A stretch of 64,000 nucleotides of DNA, taken from NCBI GenBank assembly GCA_963663765.2, contig CAXXUA010000013.1, forward strand, positions 320,001-384,000, in the 5' to 3' direction. A program made the position numbers and the translations under genes. This document shows, piece by piece, positions 1-10,746 of the stretch. Numbering within the stretch: position 1 is the stretch's first letter; every line of letters begins with the position of its first letter. The notes under the pieces were generated by a model that was not told where the DNA came from, did no database searches, and saw only the letters and a program-made list of their open reading frames with translations. Source of the DNA: Candidatus Poribacteria bacterium (GTDB lineage: Bacteria > Poribacteria > WGA-4E > WGA-3G).

Positions 1-11
1 CAGTTTAGACA

Positions 12-275
12 TTAAGTTTTCTCTCCTTTTTTAATGTAAAAATAGGCATTGTCTTCACCGCAACAGTCTGCGAGAAGTTCATTGCCTATCATATTGCACC
101 ATGCCGCGATGTCCACGGGTGCTCCTGGGTCTACTGCATGGACCTGTGCAATCTGTCCTGTTTCAAGGGTTCTCATTGATTTCAAGAGTGCGATAATAAG
201 ATCACCGCATCCAAGTTCACCTAAGTCAAAGACGGCATCAGGCTTAATTTTCGGTAAAATGTTTCGTTCTTCCAT
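12..275 (-). CDS. TusA/SirA-family sulfur carrier protein
   Basis: Small protein with DLGELGC (variant of D-x-x-G-x-x-C-P) and DPGAPVDIAAWC motifs typical of TusA-like proteins. Confidence 0.8.
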   Translation of the reverse strand: MEERNILPKIKPDAVFDLGELGCGDLIIALLKSMRTLETGQIAQVHAVDPGAPVDIAAWCNMIGNELLADCCGEDNAYFYIKKGEKT

Positions 276-392
276 AATGAAAAGAATACCATATAATCAA
301 TGAAACGTCAATGAAAATTCAGTGGTGTAATGTACAGTGCAATGTAAGGTTGGCATATAAATTCTGCTCAATTATTGATTACAGTTATACAG

Positions 393-424
393 AAAAATAG
401 GATTAGACATTAATCTAATCCTAT
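393..424 (-). terminator. Rho-independent terminator
   Basis: ATAGGATTAGA/TCTAATCCTAT stem followed by a T5 run on the minus strand, just after the 459 stop codon. Confidence 0.6.
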
Positions 425-458
425 CTGTAAACTCAAAGATAATGTATCCAAGTTCTCA

Positions 459-1352
459 TTAGTTACGTTCTAACCATCCAGGAAGTTTTACCTTCTCTGA
501 TTTTTTCCACGCAGACAGAAATAAAGATGCTGTCCAACGTACTGATTCTCGTGAACGTTCTTTAGTAAATTCCTGTAACTCTTCTGAAGGTTTCTGTAAG
601 TCTAGATAATCATTGACTAATTCATAAACACGATCTACCAATCCATGTTCAGTCTTCATCTGTTTGACAATCGCAGGCATCAACTCTCCAACGGCTTTAA
701 CCATCTGATTCTTAGCGAGTTCAGTTGGATCAAGTTTCAAGACTTCAATTGAAGCATCAACTTTCTCATGAATTCCATCATGCAATTTTGTGCCATCCTC
801 CTGAACGATTCCATCATAATGTACCGTGAGGTGTAAGGGTTGACACATATCCTGCGCATAGTGTGCCAAAAAACCTGCGTAGACATAACACTTATATTGA
901 ATAATGGGATTATCGGGCCATTTCCGATATTCTGCAAATGCAATAGTGAGTCGTTCTGTCCACTCTGCTACAGAATAAGGTAGAAAACCGACTTTACTGG
1001 GTTCCAACTTCATTTCAGCACATAATTTCAAGAAAGCATCACGATCAGCAGGGACTGGATTGTCTCCAATGAGTTCAATATCAAAATAGTGCTCAGCATA
1101 TTCGGCTATCCGTGCATGTGGAAAATCACGGTTTTTTGATACATCAGGATCATAAGCACAATGTGCAATCATTTTAACAGCTTCTGCAGAACGGAAAAAC
1201 TCTGGGATTTCTTCAGGCAATGCCTTAACCGCTGCTTGTGATAGTATATCATGACCACCACCCCACCATGCACATGCAGCAGTTGTGAGAAGTGATAAGA
1301 TAAAAACAAAAACTATCTGTAAACGTTTCATAATTCTCCTTTCATAGTACAA
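459..1352 (-). CDS. Secreted Zn-dependent S1/P1 nuclease / phospholipase C-fold protein
   Basis: Signal peptide, then mature N-terminal W..GGH; EHYFD and HYAQDMCQPLH metal-binding motifs; likely start at MKRLQ. Confidence 0.75.
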   Translation of the reverse strand: MYYERRIMKRLQIVFVFILSLLTTAACAWWGGGHDILSQAAVKALPEEIPEFFRSAEAVKMIAHCAYDPDVSKNRDFPHARIAEYAEHYFDIELIGDNPVPADRDAFLKLCAEMKLEPSKVGFLPYSVAEWTERLTIAFAEYRKWPDNPIIQYKCYVYAGFLAHYAQDMCQPLHLTVHYDGIVQEDGTKLHDGIHEKVDASIEVLKLDPTELAKNQMVKAVGELMPAIVKQMKTEHGLVDRVYELVNDYLDLQKPSEELQEFTKERSRESVRWTASLFLSAWKKSEKVKLPGWLERN

Positions 1353-1465
1353 CCTATCTTATATATCGGTGGAAGGGTTTCTAACCCCGATTTACCACAT
1401 ACGCGATACAGTAATTTTGGACAAAATTGCATTTATGAGTTACGCTGTAAATTGATTGTTCCAAA

Positions 1466-2425
1466 TCAGTCTGCAGCGAGTAATGCTTCTGAATCCGTGT
1501 CTTGCCATTGAAACTGTAGTTCGGTCGTTTCATGAGGTTTAAAAGGAATTGCAACAGATTCAATAGCTGGACCAATTATCTCAATATTGTTGAGGTTTGC
1601 AGTACCGTATCCCAATTCGTTAGCATAATTGAAAAGACCGATCTCCATTGGTTCAAATCCCATTGCTTTTGATGTGACCGCGTCTGCTGCGAATACATCA
1701 CCACTTGCAACTGCAATACCGAGTGGAACAGAGTTTGTACCCCCAGGACCGTTTCCTTGCAATCCAACAGTACCGTCAACAATAGCAATATCCGGTTTCA
1801 GAAAACGTGCCAAACGTAACAAGTTGATATTAATTGTCTGTGCTTCAAGTGGTAGTTGACGGTCTGCATGCCGAAGATACCCATGCATTTTGATACGGTC
1901 AGCTTTATGTATCGTTCCCATGATCATGTTTTTCATTGCAAGCGTCACGACACCAGCATCATGCGTTTTGGCAATGGCAACAGAAATCGTGCATGGACAA
2001 TCAAGAACCGTCTTCGGCATTCGTACAGTATCTGTTTCCCGACCAGCAAGAAAAACGGTGGTTTCCACCCATTCAGTTTCTTGATGTAAGTCTACAAGTC
2101 GAATAGGTATATCGTATTCTGCCTGCAATGCATCATAACCGAATATTTGAAATGCTTCACCAGAAAAAGATTCATTTCCCCCTTCTGCTATAATAACTTC
2201 TTTCGAAGGGTGTGGTGTGCTGAGTAAGAAATCCAATGCACCACGCATGGTGTCAACATGAGACGAAGCAAGCTGATTTGTACTCGACAGGAAATTGGGT
2301 TTTAACAATACCTGTTCTTGTACTTTTGGTGCGATGTCGTTTCGTATATTGTCTAATGCTTCATATACATTAGAACGGCGTCTACCTGTCTTAGCAAGAC
2401 CTACTTTTATAGTGTTAGCAGACAT
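1466..2425 (-). CDS. DUF362 domain protein
   Basis: VLLKPN, IIAEG, AKTH..VTLAMKN, IVDG..G..GNGP and D.FAADAV motifs. Confidence 0.8.
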   Translation of the reverse strand: MSANTIKVGLAKTGRRRSNVYEALDNIRNDIAPKVQEQVLLKPNFLSSTNQLASSHVDTMRGALDFLLSTPHPSKEVIIAEGGNESFSGEAFQIFGYDALQAEYDIPIRLVDLHQETEWVETTVFLAGRETDTVRMPKTVLDCPCTISVAIAKTHDAGVVTLAMKNMIMGTIHKADRIKMHGYLRHADRQLPLEAQTININLLRLARFLKPDIAIVDGTVGLQGNGPGGTNSVPLGIAVASGDVFAADAVTSKAMGFEPMEIGLFNYANELGYGTANLNNIEIIGPAIESVAIPFKPHETTELQFQWQDTDSEALLAAD

Positions 2426-2485
2426 ACATTTACTCCTTTCATTAAAAACAACTTTAATATATTACAATGAACTAAAGGTTTTTTC

Positions 2486-3364
2486 TTATGATATTAATGG
2501 ACGTAAAAATCCTTGATGTTTATCTAACAAATCAACTGCTTCACATCGTTTAACATCCTTCATCAGCATAACAATTGCTATTTTTGCGCTACCTTCTGCC
2601 TCCTTTAATGTAACGTTTGCGGTCGTTTCATCAACTCCAGTAACTGTTTGAATGATTCGGATACTCCGATCAACCAATTTTGAATTAGACGTTTTCACGT
2701 CCACCATCAGGTTATCGTAGACCTTACCTAACTTGATCATTGAGATGGTCGTGAGCATGTTTAGTACTAACTTGGTTGCTGTCCCTGCTTTTAGTCTTGT
2801 AGAACCGGTAATGATCTCAGGTCCGACAATTAGTGTTATGAAATAGTCAACATACGCCTTAAGGTCTGCTGGTGGTGGTACACATGAAAGAAAAATCGTT
2901 TTGGCACCGATTTTGTGTGCTGCTTTTAGCGCACCTAAGACATACGGAGTTCGTCCACTACTTGCAATTCCGACAATTACATCTTTTTGTGTTAGGTTAT
3001 GTTCTCGTATTGCTGCTGCACCGCGTTCAGGTTTATCTTCTTCACCTTCCACAGACCTACGTAAAGCAATGTCTCCACCCGCTATTATTCCTTGTATCAT
3101 TTCTGGATCAGTGCTGAAAGTTGGTGGACATTCAGATGCATCCAACACACCCAATCTGCCGCTTGTTCCTGCCCCTATGTAAAACAGTTTACCGCCTTGA
3201 CAGAATGCATCTACGATAATCTCAATCGCAAGTGTTATCGCATCTGATTCAGCTGCGACTGCTTCTACTACTCTGCGGTCTTCCTGCTGAAATATCTCAA
3301 CTATCTCAGATATTGATTTCAAATCAATATCAGTAGAGTTTGGGTTTTGCTGTTCGGTAATCAC
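2486..3364 (-). CDS. murQ: N-acetylmuramic acid 6-phosphate etherase
   Basis: TEQQNP, GAGTSGRLGVLDASECPPTF, GPEIITGSTRLKAGTATK. Confidence 0.95.
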   Translation of the reverse strand: MITEQQNPNSTDIDLKSISEIVEIFQQEDRRVVEAVAAESDAITLAIEIIVDAFCQGGKLFYIGAGTSGRLGVLDASECPPTFSTDPEMIQGIIAGGDIALRRSVEGEEDKPERGAAAIREHNLTQKDVIVGIASSGRTPYVLGALKAAHKIGAKTIFLSCVPPPADLKAYVDYFITLIVGPEIITGSTRLKAGTATKLVLNMLTTISMIKLGKVYDNLMVDVKTSNSKLVDRSIRIIQTVTGVDETTANVTLKEAEGSAKIAIVMLMKDVKRCEAVDLLDKHQGFLRPLIS

Positions 3365-3406
3365 TGGATGATATGGTTACATTCCCGTGTCTAATAGTTT
3401 GATTGG

Positions 3407-4315
3407 TTATAGTCTTTCCATTGCCAATAACACTGCTCCGTATACTGGTTCATGTTTTGGATACCTCACCGTTGCATCCGTTATTCTTCCTTCAATCAGC
3501 ATCCGTAGTTTATCTGCATATAAGGGTTGATTTACTAAGTTCCCACCAGAAAAAACAATGTCAATGGGTATGGTAAATTCTAACTGCGTGACTACGGTCT
3601 CAATTGCACATACCAACTCACCAACAGCGATATCAATTATCCGTGTTGCTTGTGTATCACCACGGTCTGAAGCGGTAAACATAACATCAGACATTTGTGC
3701 AATTTCGTCTCTGCTTGCAGCGTGTGTCCAGCGAATCAAATCATTTGGTTCATTTAGTGAAAGTCTCTTTAGAATCAGTTGTGTTATTTGTGTTGCAGGT
3801 TCGCGCTGATCAGCAGCACGTGCCACTGCCTGTAGACCCTTGACAGCAATATCATAACCGCTGCCTTCATCACCCAGTATATAACCCCAACCCCCGGCGC
3901 GTACTTCTCTGCCGTGTTCATTGATACCGTACACAATTGACCCCGTACCAGATATAACGATGACACCTGACTGTTTACCAGTACCACTTACTAATCCGAT
4001 ATGTGCATCATGTGTTAGAATCCTATTTTTACTTATACCGATTTCATCACATATTTGTCCAATTATTTCTCTGTCCTCTTCACGTCCCAAACCTGCCATA
4101 CCGATACAGCAAAGGATGGAATCCAAGTCTGTATTTGGGACTTGCAGTTTTAGTTGACTAATGATTTCAGTTAGGACGTTTTTTGTTTGTTCTATCCCCA
4201 CGACATGGTAATTTGATGGACCTGTTTGGGTTTTGGCAATTGTTTGCCCATCCTTTGTAGCTAATAACCCTACTGTTTTTGTTCCACCACCATCAATACC
4301 AATGATATACTTCAT
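3407..4315 (-). CDS. BadF/BadG/BcrA/BcrD-type N-acetylglucosamine/N-acetylmuramate kinase
   Basis: GIDGGGTKT, VISGTGS, RAGGWGYILGDEGSG; adjacent to murQ. Confidence 0.85.
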   Translation of the reverse strand: MKYIIGIDGGGTKTVGLLATKDGQTIAKTQTGPSNYHVVGIEQTKNVLTEIISQLKLQVPNTDLDSILCCIGMAGLGREEDREIIGQICDEIGISKNRILTHDAHIGLVSGTGKQSGVIVISGTGSIVYGINEHGREVRAGGWGYILGDEGSGYDIAVKGLQAVARAADQREPATQITQLILKRLSLNEPNDLIRWTHAASRDEIAQMSDVMFTASDRGDTQATRIIDIAVGELVCAIETVVTQLEFTIPIDIVFSGGNLVNQPLYADKLRMLIEGRITDATVRYPKHEPVYGAVLLAMERL

Positions 4316-4454
4316 TTTATTCCATAATATGTAGCATAGAGTTTATAGAGACTGAGTACAAGGATGAAAATTAATATCTATTGACATACCTGAAGAAATA
4401 GATTACAGTAATTTATCACAATTCTATTTAGAACGCAATTATTTTCATTAGGAG

Positions 4455-5405
4455 TTGTTCATGCTTAAGAAATTATCTCTAATTATAACTCTCCTTACTC
4501 TAATCTGTTTGGGTTGTGCAGATGATAATTCTCAAGTTGAATGGGAAGTAGTACAAAGTGGAACAGATGCACATCTTTTTGGTGTTTATTTTATTGATGC
4601 AAAGAAGGGATGGGCAGTCGGTTCAAGTGCTACTGTTTTATCCTCAAAAGATGGAGGAAAAACTTGGATACAATCAGTGGATGAATCACTAAACAATGAT
4701 ACATTGACAGAAGTTAGTTTTGCGACACCAACAAATGGTTGGCTTGTTAGCATAGGGAAAGTGCATTATACTGGTAGCGGTGGTAACTCGTGGTCGGTTC
4801 AACATCAAGCACGCGCGCTGACAGATAAACCTCCAGGTATTTTGGATCTGTATTTTGTTGACACTGCTGAAGGTTGGGCAGTTGGTGGAACAGGGACAAT
4901 ACTGCATACATTGAATGGCGGTAGCAAATGGGAGACAAGAAATTCTCCATCAGAAAAACATCTGTGGGGTGTTCATTTTGTTGACTCTAAACACGGTTGG
5001 ATTGTGGGTGAAGATGGTGAAATACTTCATACAAGTGACGGTGGTAAACGGTGGGATAGACAGAACAGTAATGCAGAACAACCTTTATTTGCTGTTTATT
5101 TTATAAATCAAAAGACTGGTTGGATTGTCGGATCAAACGGATTAATTTTACACACAACGAATGGTGGGCAGACTTGGCATCAACAGAATAATCCGATGAA
5201 ACAGAGTTTGCGATCTGTTGCATTTCAAAATGAAAAAAAGGGTTGGGCAATCGGTGAAGAAGGACTCATTTTACATACAATAGATAGCGGGACAACTTGG
5301 AATCAATCTACTTCACCGACGACAAAAAATCTGCAAGACATTATGCTGTTAAAAAAGTCGGGTTGGATTGTTGGAGAAAAAGGCACAATTTTACGAATGG
5401 ACTAA
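4455..5405 (+). CDS. YCF48-like beta-propeller lipoprotein
   Basis: Lipobox LGC; repeated F.D...GW.VG..G.ILHT.DGG..W (BNR/Ycf48) units. Confidence 0.85.
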   Translation: MFMLKKLSLIITLLTLICLGCADDNSQVEWEVVQSGTDAHLFGVYFIDAKKGWAVGSSATVLSSKDGGKTWIQSVDESLNNDTLTEVSFATPTNGWLVSIGKVHYTGSGGNSWSVQHQARALTDKPPGILDLYFVDTAEGWAVGGTGTILHTLNGGSKWETRNSPSEKHLWGVHFVDSKHGWIVGEDGEILHTSDGGKRWDRQNSNAEQPLFAVYFINQKTGWIVGSNGLILHTTNGGQTWHQQNNPMKQSLRSVAFQNEKKGWAIGEEGLILHTIDSGTTWNQSTSPTTKNLQDIMLLKKSGWIVGEKGTILRMD

Positions 5406-5433
5406 TACAGATGTGTCTTTGAAACCAACAGTC

Positions 5434-5829
5434 TTACCAAAAAATATGCTTAACCTTCATCATCCAAACAGACAAACATATTACAATACCTAAAATACCT
5501 ATAAGATTACGTGTATTTGCAGAAAAACGGGACCAAGTGTTAGTTATGTGATTTGGAAAGAATGCTATACCAACGGCTAATCCAACTATCATATACGAGA
5601 AAGGATGGTAGTACCAAGCATCTTTGAAATTTACTTGTGTTATAGCAATGCAGGCACGTGTCATTCCACATCCTGGACAAGGCACATTGGTAACCGTATG
5701 AAAAGGACATGGCAATAGTGATACCTCGTCTGGTGCACTTTGCACTATTCTTGTGAAGATACCTATCCCAACTAAACCAATTAAGAATAATCGGGATAGC
5801 ATAACATGATTAAACATCAGATGAATCAC
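5434..5829 (-). CDS. DUF2752 family membrane protein
   Basis: PCPFHTVTNVPCPGCGMTRA motif. Confidence 0.85.
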   Translation of the reverse strand: MIHLMFNHVMLSRLFLIGLVGIGIFTRIVQSAPDEVSLLPCPFHTVTNVPCPGCGMTRACIAITQVNFKDAWYYHPFSYMIVGLAVGIAFFPNHITNTWSRFSANTRNLIGILGIVICLSVWMMKVKHIFW

Positions 5830-6205
5830 CGTAGAGTTTGTTAATCTGGTATTGCTGAATAGCTAAGGAAGCTATACCAATTCCAAATATTGCCAATAGC
5901 ACACAAATTATAGGTAAATTTGGATCATAGTGCATATCATTCTCACGTTGAATCTCATTGATACCATTTGCCATCTTGTATTCATAAAATATACCGAAGA
6001 TACCACAAGTGAGAATTGAGAGAAAGAACCATAACCAAAAAGAGTACTCGCGTTTCCCTAACCAACCATTAAGTGTGTCCATTTGTTTGTATTGCCAATA
6101 GAGTCCGTATATTCCACAAGTGATGAGTGAAATAATTATTCCAAACGCTATACTACGTTTTGCATCTTCTACTGGATAGGGATATTGATTAAGCATATAT
6201 GTCAC
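5810..6205 (-). CDS. DUF4234 family membrane protein
   Basis: Repeated LITCGIYGLYW / ILTCGIFGIFY helices. Confidence 0.8.
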   Translation of the reverse strand: MTYMLNQYPYPVEDAKRSIAFGIIISLITCGIYGLYWQYKQMDTLNGWLGKREYSFWLWFFLSILTCGIFGIFYEYKMANGINEIQRENDMHYDPNLPIICVLLAIFGIGIASLAIQQYQINKLYGDSSDV

Positions 6206-6301
6206 CTCTTACTTTTAAAATAAGTTTGAATGTACTGGAAATTAGTTACAATTTTTATGCATCGTTCAGAATCAGATAATTTATAGATGTGATGTATAAA
6301 T

Positions 6302-8021
6302 CCTACACTCCGCAGTTGTTTAATCAGATTTTAAGTATTTATGTTATACTCTTTATATCTTTATATAAGGAGTATAACATCATCACTCAATCTACTTTTA
6401 CAACACAACGTTTAGATCACCTCGGCATAGTAGCTGGTGTATGTGATCGTATTGACTTGATAAACACTATTGATACTTTTATTTCCCCAACGAAACGGAA
6501 AGTTTCAGTGGGTGAATCTGTTGTTGCTATGATCTTGAATGCTTTAGGCTTTGTCTCACGCCCACTCTACTTGACACCTGAGTTTTTTTCAAATAAACCG
6601 GTGGATCTATTGATACGCCCTCATCTCTGTGCTGCCGATTTCACGGACGATTGTCTTGGGCGTGCTTTAGATACACTTTATGAAAATGGTGTTACCGAAC
6701 TTTTTGCGACAGTTGCTTCTAAAGCATTATCAACTTATGAGATTGACCATCGTTTTGTTCATCTGGATAGCACCACGTTTAGTTTTCAGGGGAACTATGA
6801 TACCGAAACAGTTGATGAACAGGCTATTCACATTACCCACGGGTATAGTCGTGATCAGCGTCCGGATCTCAAACAAGTGGTAGTTCAACTTCTCTGTTCT
6901 TATCGGTCTCAGTTCCCTGTATGGTTCAAAGCACTTGATGGAAATCAGTCTGATAAAACAAGTTTTCCCAACACGATCCGAGAATATTTGTCTCAACTGC
7001 GTGGCAGTGATGCCCCTTATTTTGTAGCGGATAGTGCGCTTTATACAGCACAAAACATTGCGAAGCTGCGTGATGTGCGTTTTATTACGCGTGTGCCGGA
7101 AACACTCAAAGCTGTCAAAGAACTCTACCAAACTATTTCGACTGAAGATATGCAGCCAGCATCTCTTGATGGATATAGTTATCTATCAGTAGATAGCACC
7201 TATGCGGATGTTCCACAAAGGTGGTTAGTTGTTTATTCACAAGCTGCGTATCATCGTGAAGTGGCAACTTTAGTAAAAAAGATTGCCAAAGCACAGACAG
7301 CCGCACAAACATCTCTCAATCGTTTACAAAATAAAACGTATGAGACCGATACAGCTGCGGCAGCTGCGGCAACAGTCCTTGCCAAGTCATGGAAATATCA
7401 TAAACTTCGTTTCTCCATTATTTCTGTTCCACATTACACCACATCGGGACGCCCCAAAAAGACAGATAAACCGACACATTTTCGTTATCGGGTTGAAGGT
7501 GAAGTTATTGATGATATAGAAACGATTGAAAAACTCAAACGCAGCAAAGGCCGATTTGTCTTAGCTACCAATGAACTTGATACAACTTTACTTGACGATG
7601 CGACTATCCTTGAAGCATATAAAGCACAGAACGTGTCTGTAGAACGCGGTTTTCGGTTTTTGAAAGACCCCTTATTCTTTGCCGATAGTCTATATCTTGA
7701 AAAACCCCAGCGGATTATGGCATTACTGATGGTGATGGGACTTTCTTTACTTGTATACGCTCTTGCCGAACGATGGGTTCGGCAAGAGCTAAAAAAACAA
7801 GAACAAACAATACCCAACCAAGTTGGTAAACCCACGCAAAAACCAACACTCAGGCGTATTTTTCAAATGTTTGAAGGCGTTGATGTATTATTGATAGAAC
7901 AAAACGAACATATACAACGGTCTATTGTAAATTTAAATGAAATACACACACAAATCATCAACATTTTAGGCATAGAAGTAAAAAATGTCTATTTTCCAGA
8001 TCCATAACTGCGGAGTGTAGG
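6302..8021 (+). mobile_element. IS1634-family insertion sequence (1720 bp)
   Basis: Perfect 16-bp TIR CCTACACTCCGCAGTT (6302-6317 / 8006-8021); 6-bp TSD ATAAAT (6296-6301, 8022-8027). Confidence 0.92.
6379..8007 (+). CDS. IS1634-family DDE transposase
   Basis: RLDHLGIVAG, HLDSTT, GYSRDQRPDLKQ, VADSALY, VERGFRFLKDP. The ORF-track start (6289) lies outside the TIR; the probable start is ATC at 6379 after AAGGAG. Confidence 0.9.
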   Translation: MITQSTFTTQRLDHLGIVAGVCDRIDLINTIDTFISPTKRKVSVGESVVAMILNALGFVSRPLYLTPEFFSNKPVDLLIRPHLCAADFTDDCLGRALDTLYENGVTELFATVASKALSTYEIDHRFVHLDSTTFSFQGNYDTETVDEQAIHITHGYSRDQRPDLKQVVVQLLCSYRSQFPVWFKALDGNQSDKTSFPNTIREYLSQLRGSDAPYFVADSALYTAQNIAKLRDVRFITRVPETLKAVKELYQTISTEDMQPASLDGYSYLSVDSTYADVPQRWLVVYSQAAYHREVATLVKKIAKAQTAAQTSLNRLQNKTYETDTAAAAAATVLAKSWKYHKLRFSIISVPHYTTSGRPKKTDKPTHFRYRVEGEVIDDIETIEKLKRSKGRFVLATNELDTTLLDDATILEAYKAQNVSVERGFRFLKDPLFFADSLYLEKPQRIMALLMVMGLSLLVYALAERWVRQELKKQEQTIPNQVGKPTQKPTLRRIFQMFEGVDVLLIEQNEHIQRSIVNLNEIHTQIINILGIEVKNVYFPDP

Positions 8022-8069
8022 ATAAATGTATTATACAGGTGTTAACTGTAAAATACATTTATACAATAG

Positions 8070-9107
8070 CTACTCGCGTGGTAGTGTAATCTTATCGGGG
8101 ACGACAATCTCACCAGCGATGATTTGTGCTTTCAACGATTCAACTCTCTCAATAATCTCATCGGACAGAACAGATCGGTTGTGTTCATCAACGACATAAC
8201 TCACGTCACCATCTGCCAATCCAAAGTCACGGAGACCGGGTGTAAATTCCCCTTCCACGGTTTCTTGTATGATGCGATGCACAGAAGTAGAAATCTCTTT
8301 CGTCATACTCGTCAGGACTAATCCTGGTGCAAGATGATTTCCATTAGAGTCAACCCAAATGATAAACTTATTCTGTTCTTGTGCTGCTTCAAGAACACCG
8401 TGTCCAGCACCCCCTGCAGCAGCGTAAATGACATCAACTCCATCTGCATATTGCGCTAAGGCTAACTCTTTCGCTTTTTCTGGTTGATTGAAACCTGTTG
8501 CATCAAGACTAATATAGTCAACCGAAACTTCTGCTTCAGGATTTATCTGTTGGATTCCAGCGATATATCCTGCTTCAAATTCGTGTAATTTTGGAACATC
8601 CGCACCACCAATATATCCAATTTTTCCTGTCTCTGTCTTCAATGCAGCGATTGCCCCAACAAGGAACGAACCTTCATTATCTTTATAGTTCACAGATGTC
8701 ACATTATGGTTATCAATGACAGAGTCAAAAATAGCAAATTTAACTTCAGAAAACTCTGGGGCTATTTGAGCAAGAACATTTCCCATCTGGTATCCAGCTG
8801 TCAAAACAAGGTCTGAATTTTGTGCTGCATCCCTAAAGATTATCTCTGTAGCTTCAAGATCGTTTTCCATACCGTTTACTTCTGTTAGGACTATACCAAG
8901 TTCCGCTTCCGCAGCCCTTACTCCTATATGGAACGCAATACAATAAGTCGAATCGACAACACAATCACTGGGATAAACCATAGTTACGCGAATCGGATCG
9001 TCTGTAGAATCCGTATGCGTCACCTTCTCAATCGTTTCACAACCACAAATTAATAGTATTCCTAATACTAAAAATGTAAGAATATTTGTCAAGGAAATTC
9101 TATTCAT
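8070..9107 (-). CDS. BMP-family (PnrA/TmpC-like) ABC substrate-binding lipoprotein
   Basis: Lipobox ICGC; EGSFLVGAIAA, KIGYIGG, GVDVIYAAAGGAG, IWVDSN. Confidence 0.9.
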   Translation of the reverse strand: MNRISLTNILTFLVLGILLICGCETIEKVTHTDSTDDPIRVTMVYPSDCVVDSTYCIAFHIGVRAAEAELGIVLTEVNGMENDLEATEIIFRDAAQNSDLVLTAGYQMGNVLAQIAPEFSEVKFAIFDSVIDNHNVTSVNYKDNEGSFLVGAIAALKTETGKIGYIGGADVPKLHEFEAGYIAGIQQINPEAEVSVDYISLDATGFNQPEKAKELALAQYADGVDVIYAAAGGAGHGVLEAAQEQNKFIIWVDSNGNHLAPGLVLTSMTKEISTSVHRIIQETVEGEFTPGLRDFGLADGDVSYVVDEHNRSVLSDEIIERVESLKAQIIAGEIVVPDKITLPRE

Positions 9108-9132
9108 ATATACTCCTTATAGCTAAAGTTAA

Positions 9133-10746
9133 CGACTTGTGCCAGTTAACTAAATGTTTATACTAAATTCACATATATTGGGTATGGTATATAACATTTC
9201 GTCCCTACGGGACTAAAGATCATCCAAAGCAAAAGAAGGACGGTTAAATCCTCTTGTCTATGTGAAGTAATTTTTAATAAATAGTTATTTAGCACAAGTC
9301 GCTACTTTCAGGCAATTGGTAATTTTTTCTGTACACGAATCTTGTCTATGACTGGGTTTTTCCGAAGAAAAAATTACCAATTTTACCAATTAGTAATTTA
9401 GCGTAAATTGAGCAATATCCTGATTTGTGCCAGTTAACTAAATGTTTATACTAAATTCACATATGTTGGGTATGATATATAAACATTTAGTCCCTACAGG
9501 ACTGAAGATCGTTTCAACCTATTAGGGACACCTGCAATTAGGGACACCTGCAAAACGTTATGCTTATGTGAAACAATGGTTTACATAAAGTCATTTAGTA
9601 CAACTCGTATATATTAGTACTTAGTCAAGTGTTTATTGATGGGTCTAAATAGTAGTCGGGAATCGGAGTTCCCTCCTACAATACACACAATACACAAGAC
9701 TTCTGTAGGAGCAATCTACGAATCTCAACTGAACGCCTTGATAGTCGGGAATCGGAGTTCCCTCCTACAATACACAAGACTTCTGTAGGAGCAATCTACG
9801 AATCTCAACTGAACGCCTTGATAGTCGGGAATCGGAGTTCCCTCCTACAATACACAAGACTTCTGTAGGAGCAATCTACGAATCACAAATGAACGCCTTG
9901 ATAGTCGGGAATCGGAGTTCCCTCCTACAATACACAAGACTTCTGTAGGAGCAATCTACGAATCTCAACTGAACGCCTTGATAGTCGGGAATCGGAGTTC
10001 CCTCCTACAATACACAAGACTTCTGTAGGAGCAATCTACGAATCTCAACTGAACGCCTTGATAGTCGGGAATCGGAGTTCCCTCCTACAATACACACAAT
10101 ACACAAGACACAAGACTTCTGTAGGAGCAATCTACGAATCTCAACTGAACGCCTTGATAGTCGGGAATCGGAGTTCCCTCCTACAATACACACAATACAC
10201 AAGACTTCTGTAGGACCGATCTCCGAATCTCGACCTACAATAGTATGTTGACTCAACATTAGTTTTATAAGGCACACATATCGTCCCTAATGAAGTTTAA
10301 ATTATTAAACGGGTAATCTAATATTTACCTTAGGTGTGAATTTAATGAAATAACCTCATACACATTGTAGTGCGAAATCAAGAAATCAACGGTATGAATG
10401 CCTTTTGGCATTCCCCGGGTATGAATGCCATTTAGGCATTCCTCGGGTATGAATGCGCTTGGGTGAATACGCCAAATCAACGGTATGAATGCATTATGGT
10501 ATTTCCTGGGTCTCTGTGCCCCGCCATATCTGATGAGCAAAAACAAAGGCGAGGCACAGAGATCCCACCCTACAATAGGTGAAGGACATGTTGCATAAAT
10601 AGACTCCTATTATGGATAAGTAGAATTACTGAATTTATTTTATAATCTTTATACGTGATTAAAGAAGAAATCAACTCATGAAAAAACTAATAAAACGTCT
10701 ACAATTGTAAAATAGTGTATTACAATTAGTTATTTAGCACAAGTCG
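9133..10746. mobile_element. Non-coding composite MITE-like element (1614 bp)
   Basis: TIR CGACTTGTGC / GCACAAGTCG; 9-bp TSD TAAAGTTAA at 9124-9132 and 10747-10755; internal copies of the same ends near 9292-9301, 9421 and 9600. Confidence 0.8.
9652..10240. repeat. Tandem array of ~80-bp REP-doublet units (7 copies)
   Basis: GTCGGGAATCGGAGTTCCCTCCTAC + GTAGGAGCAATCTACGAATCTCAAC; period exactly 80 bp from 9741 to 10061; a related single unit sits at ~42696-42760. Confidence 0.9.

Noticed and set aside
9652-10240. Possible CRISPR array
   Set aside because: Sequences between repeats are identical rather than unique spacers, units are GTAG-REP hairpins, and no cas genes are in the window.
10005-10546. 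90-aa and 73-aa ORFs
   Set aside because: Translations of REP and 35-bp module repeats inside the non-coding composite element.
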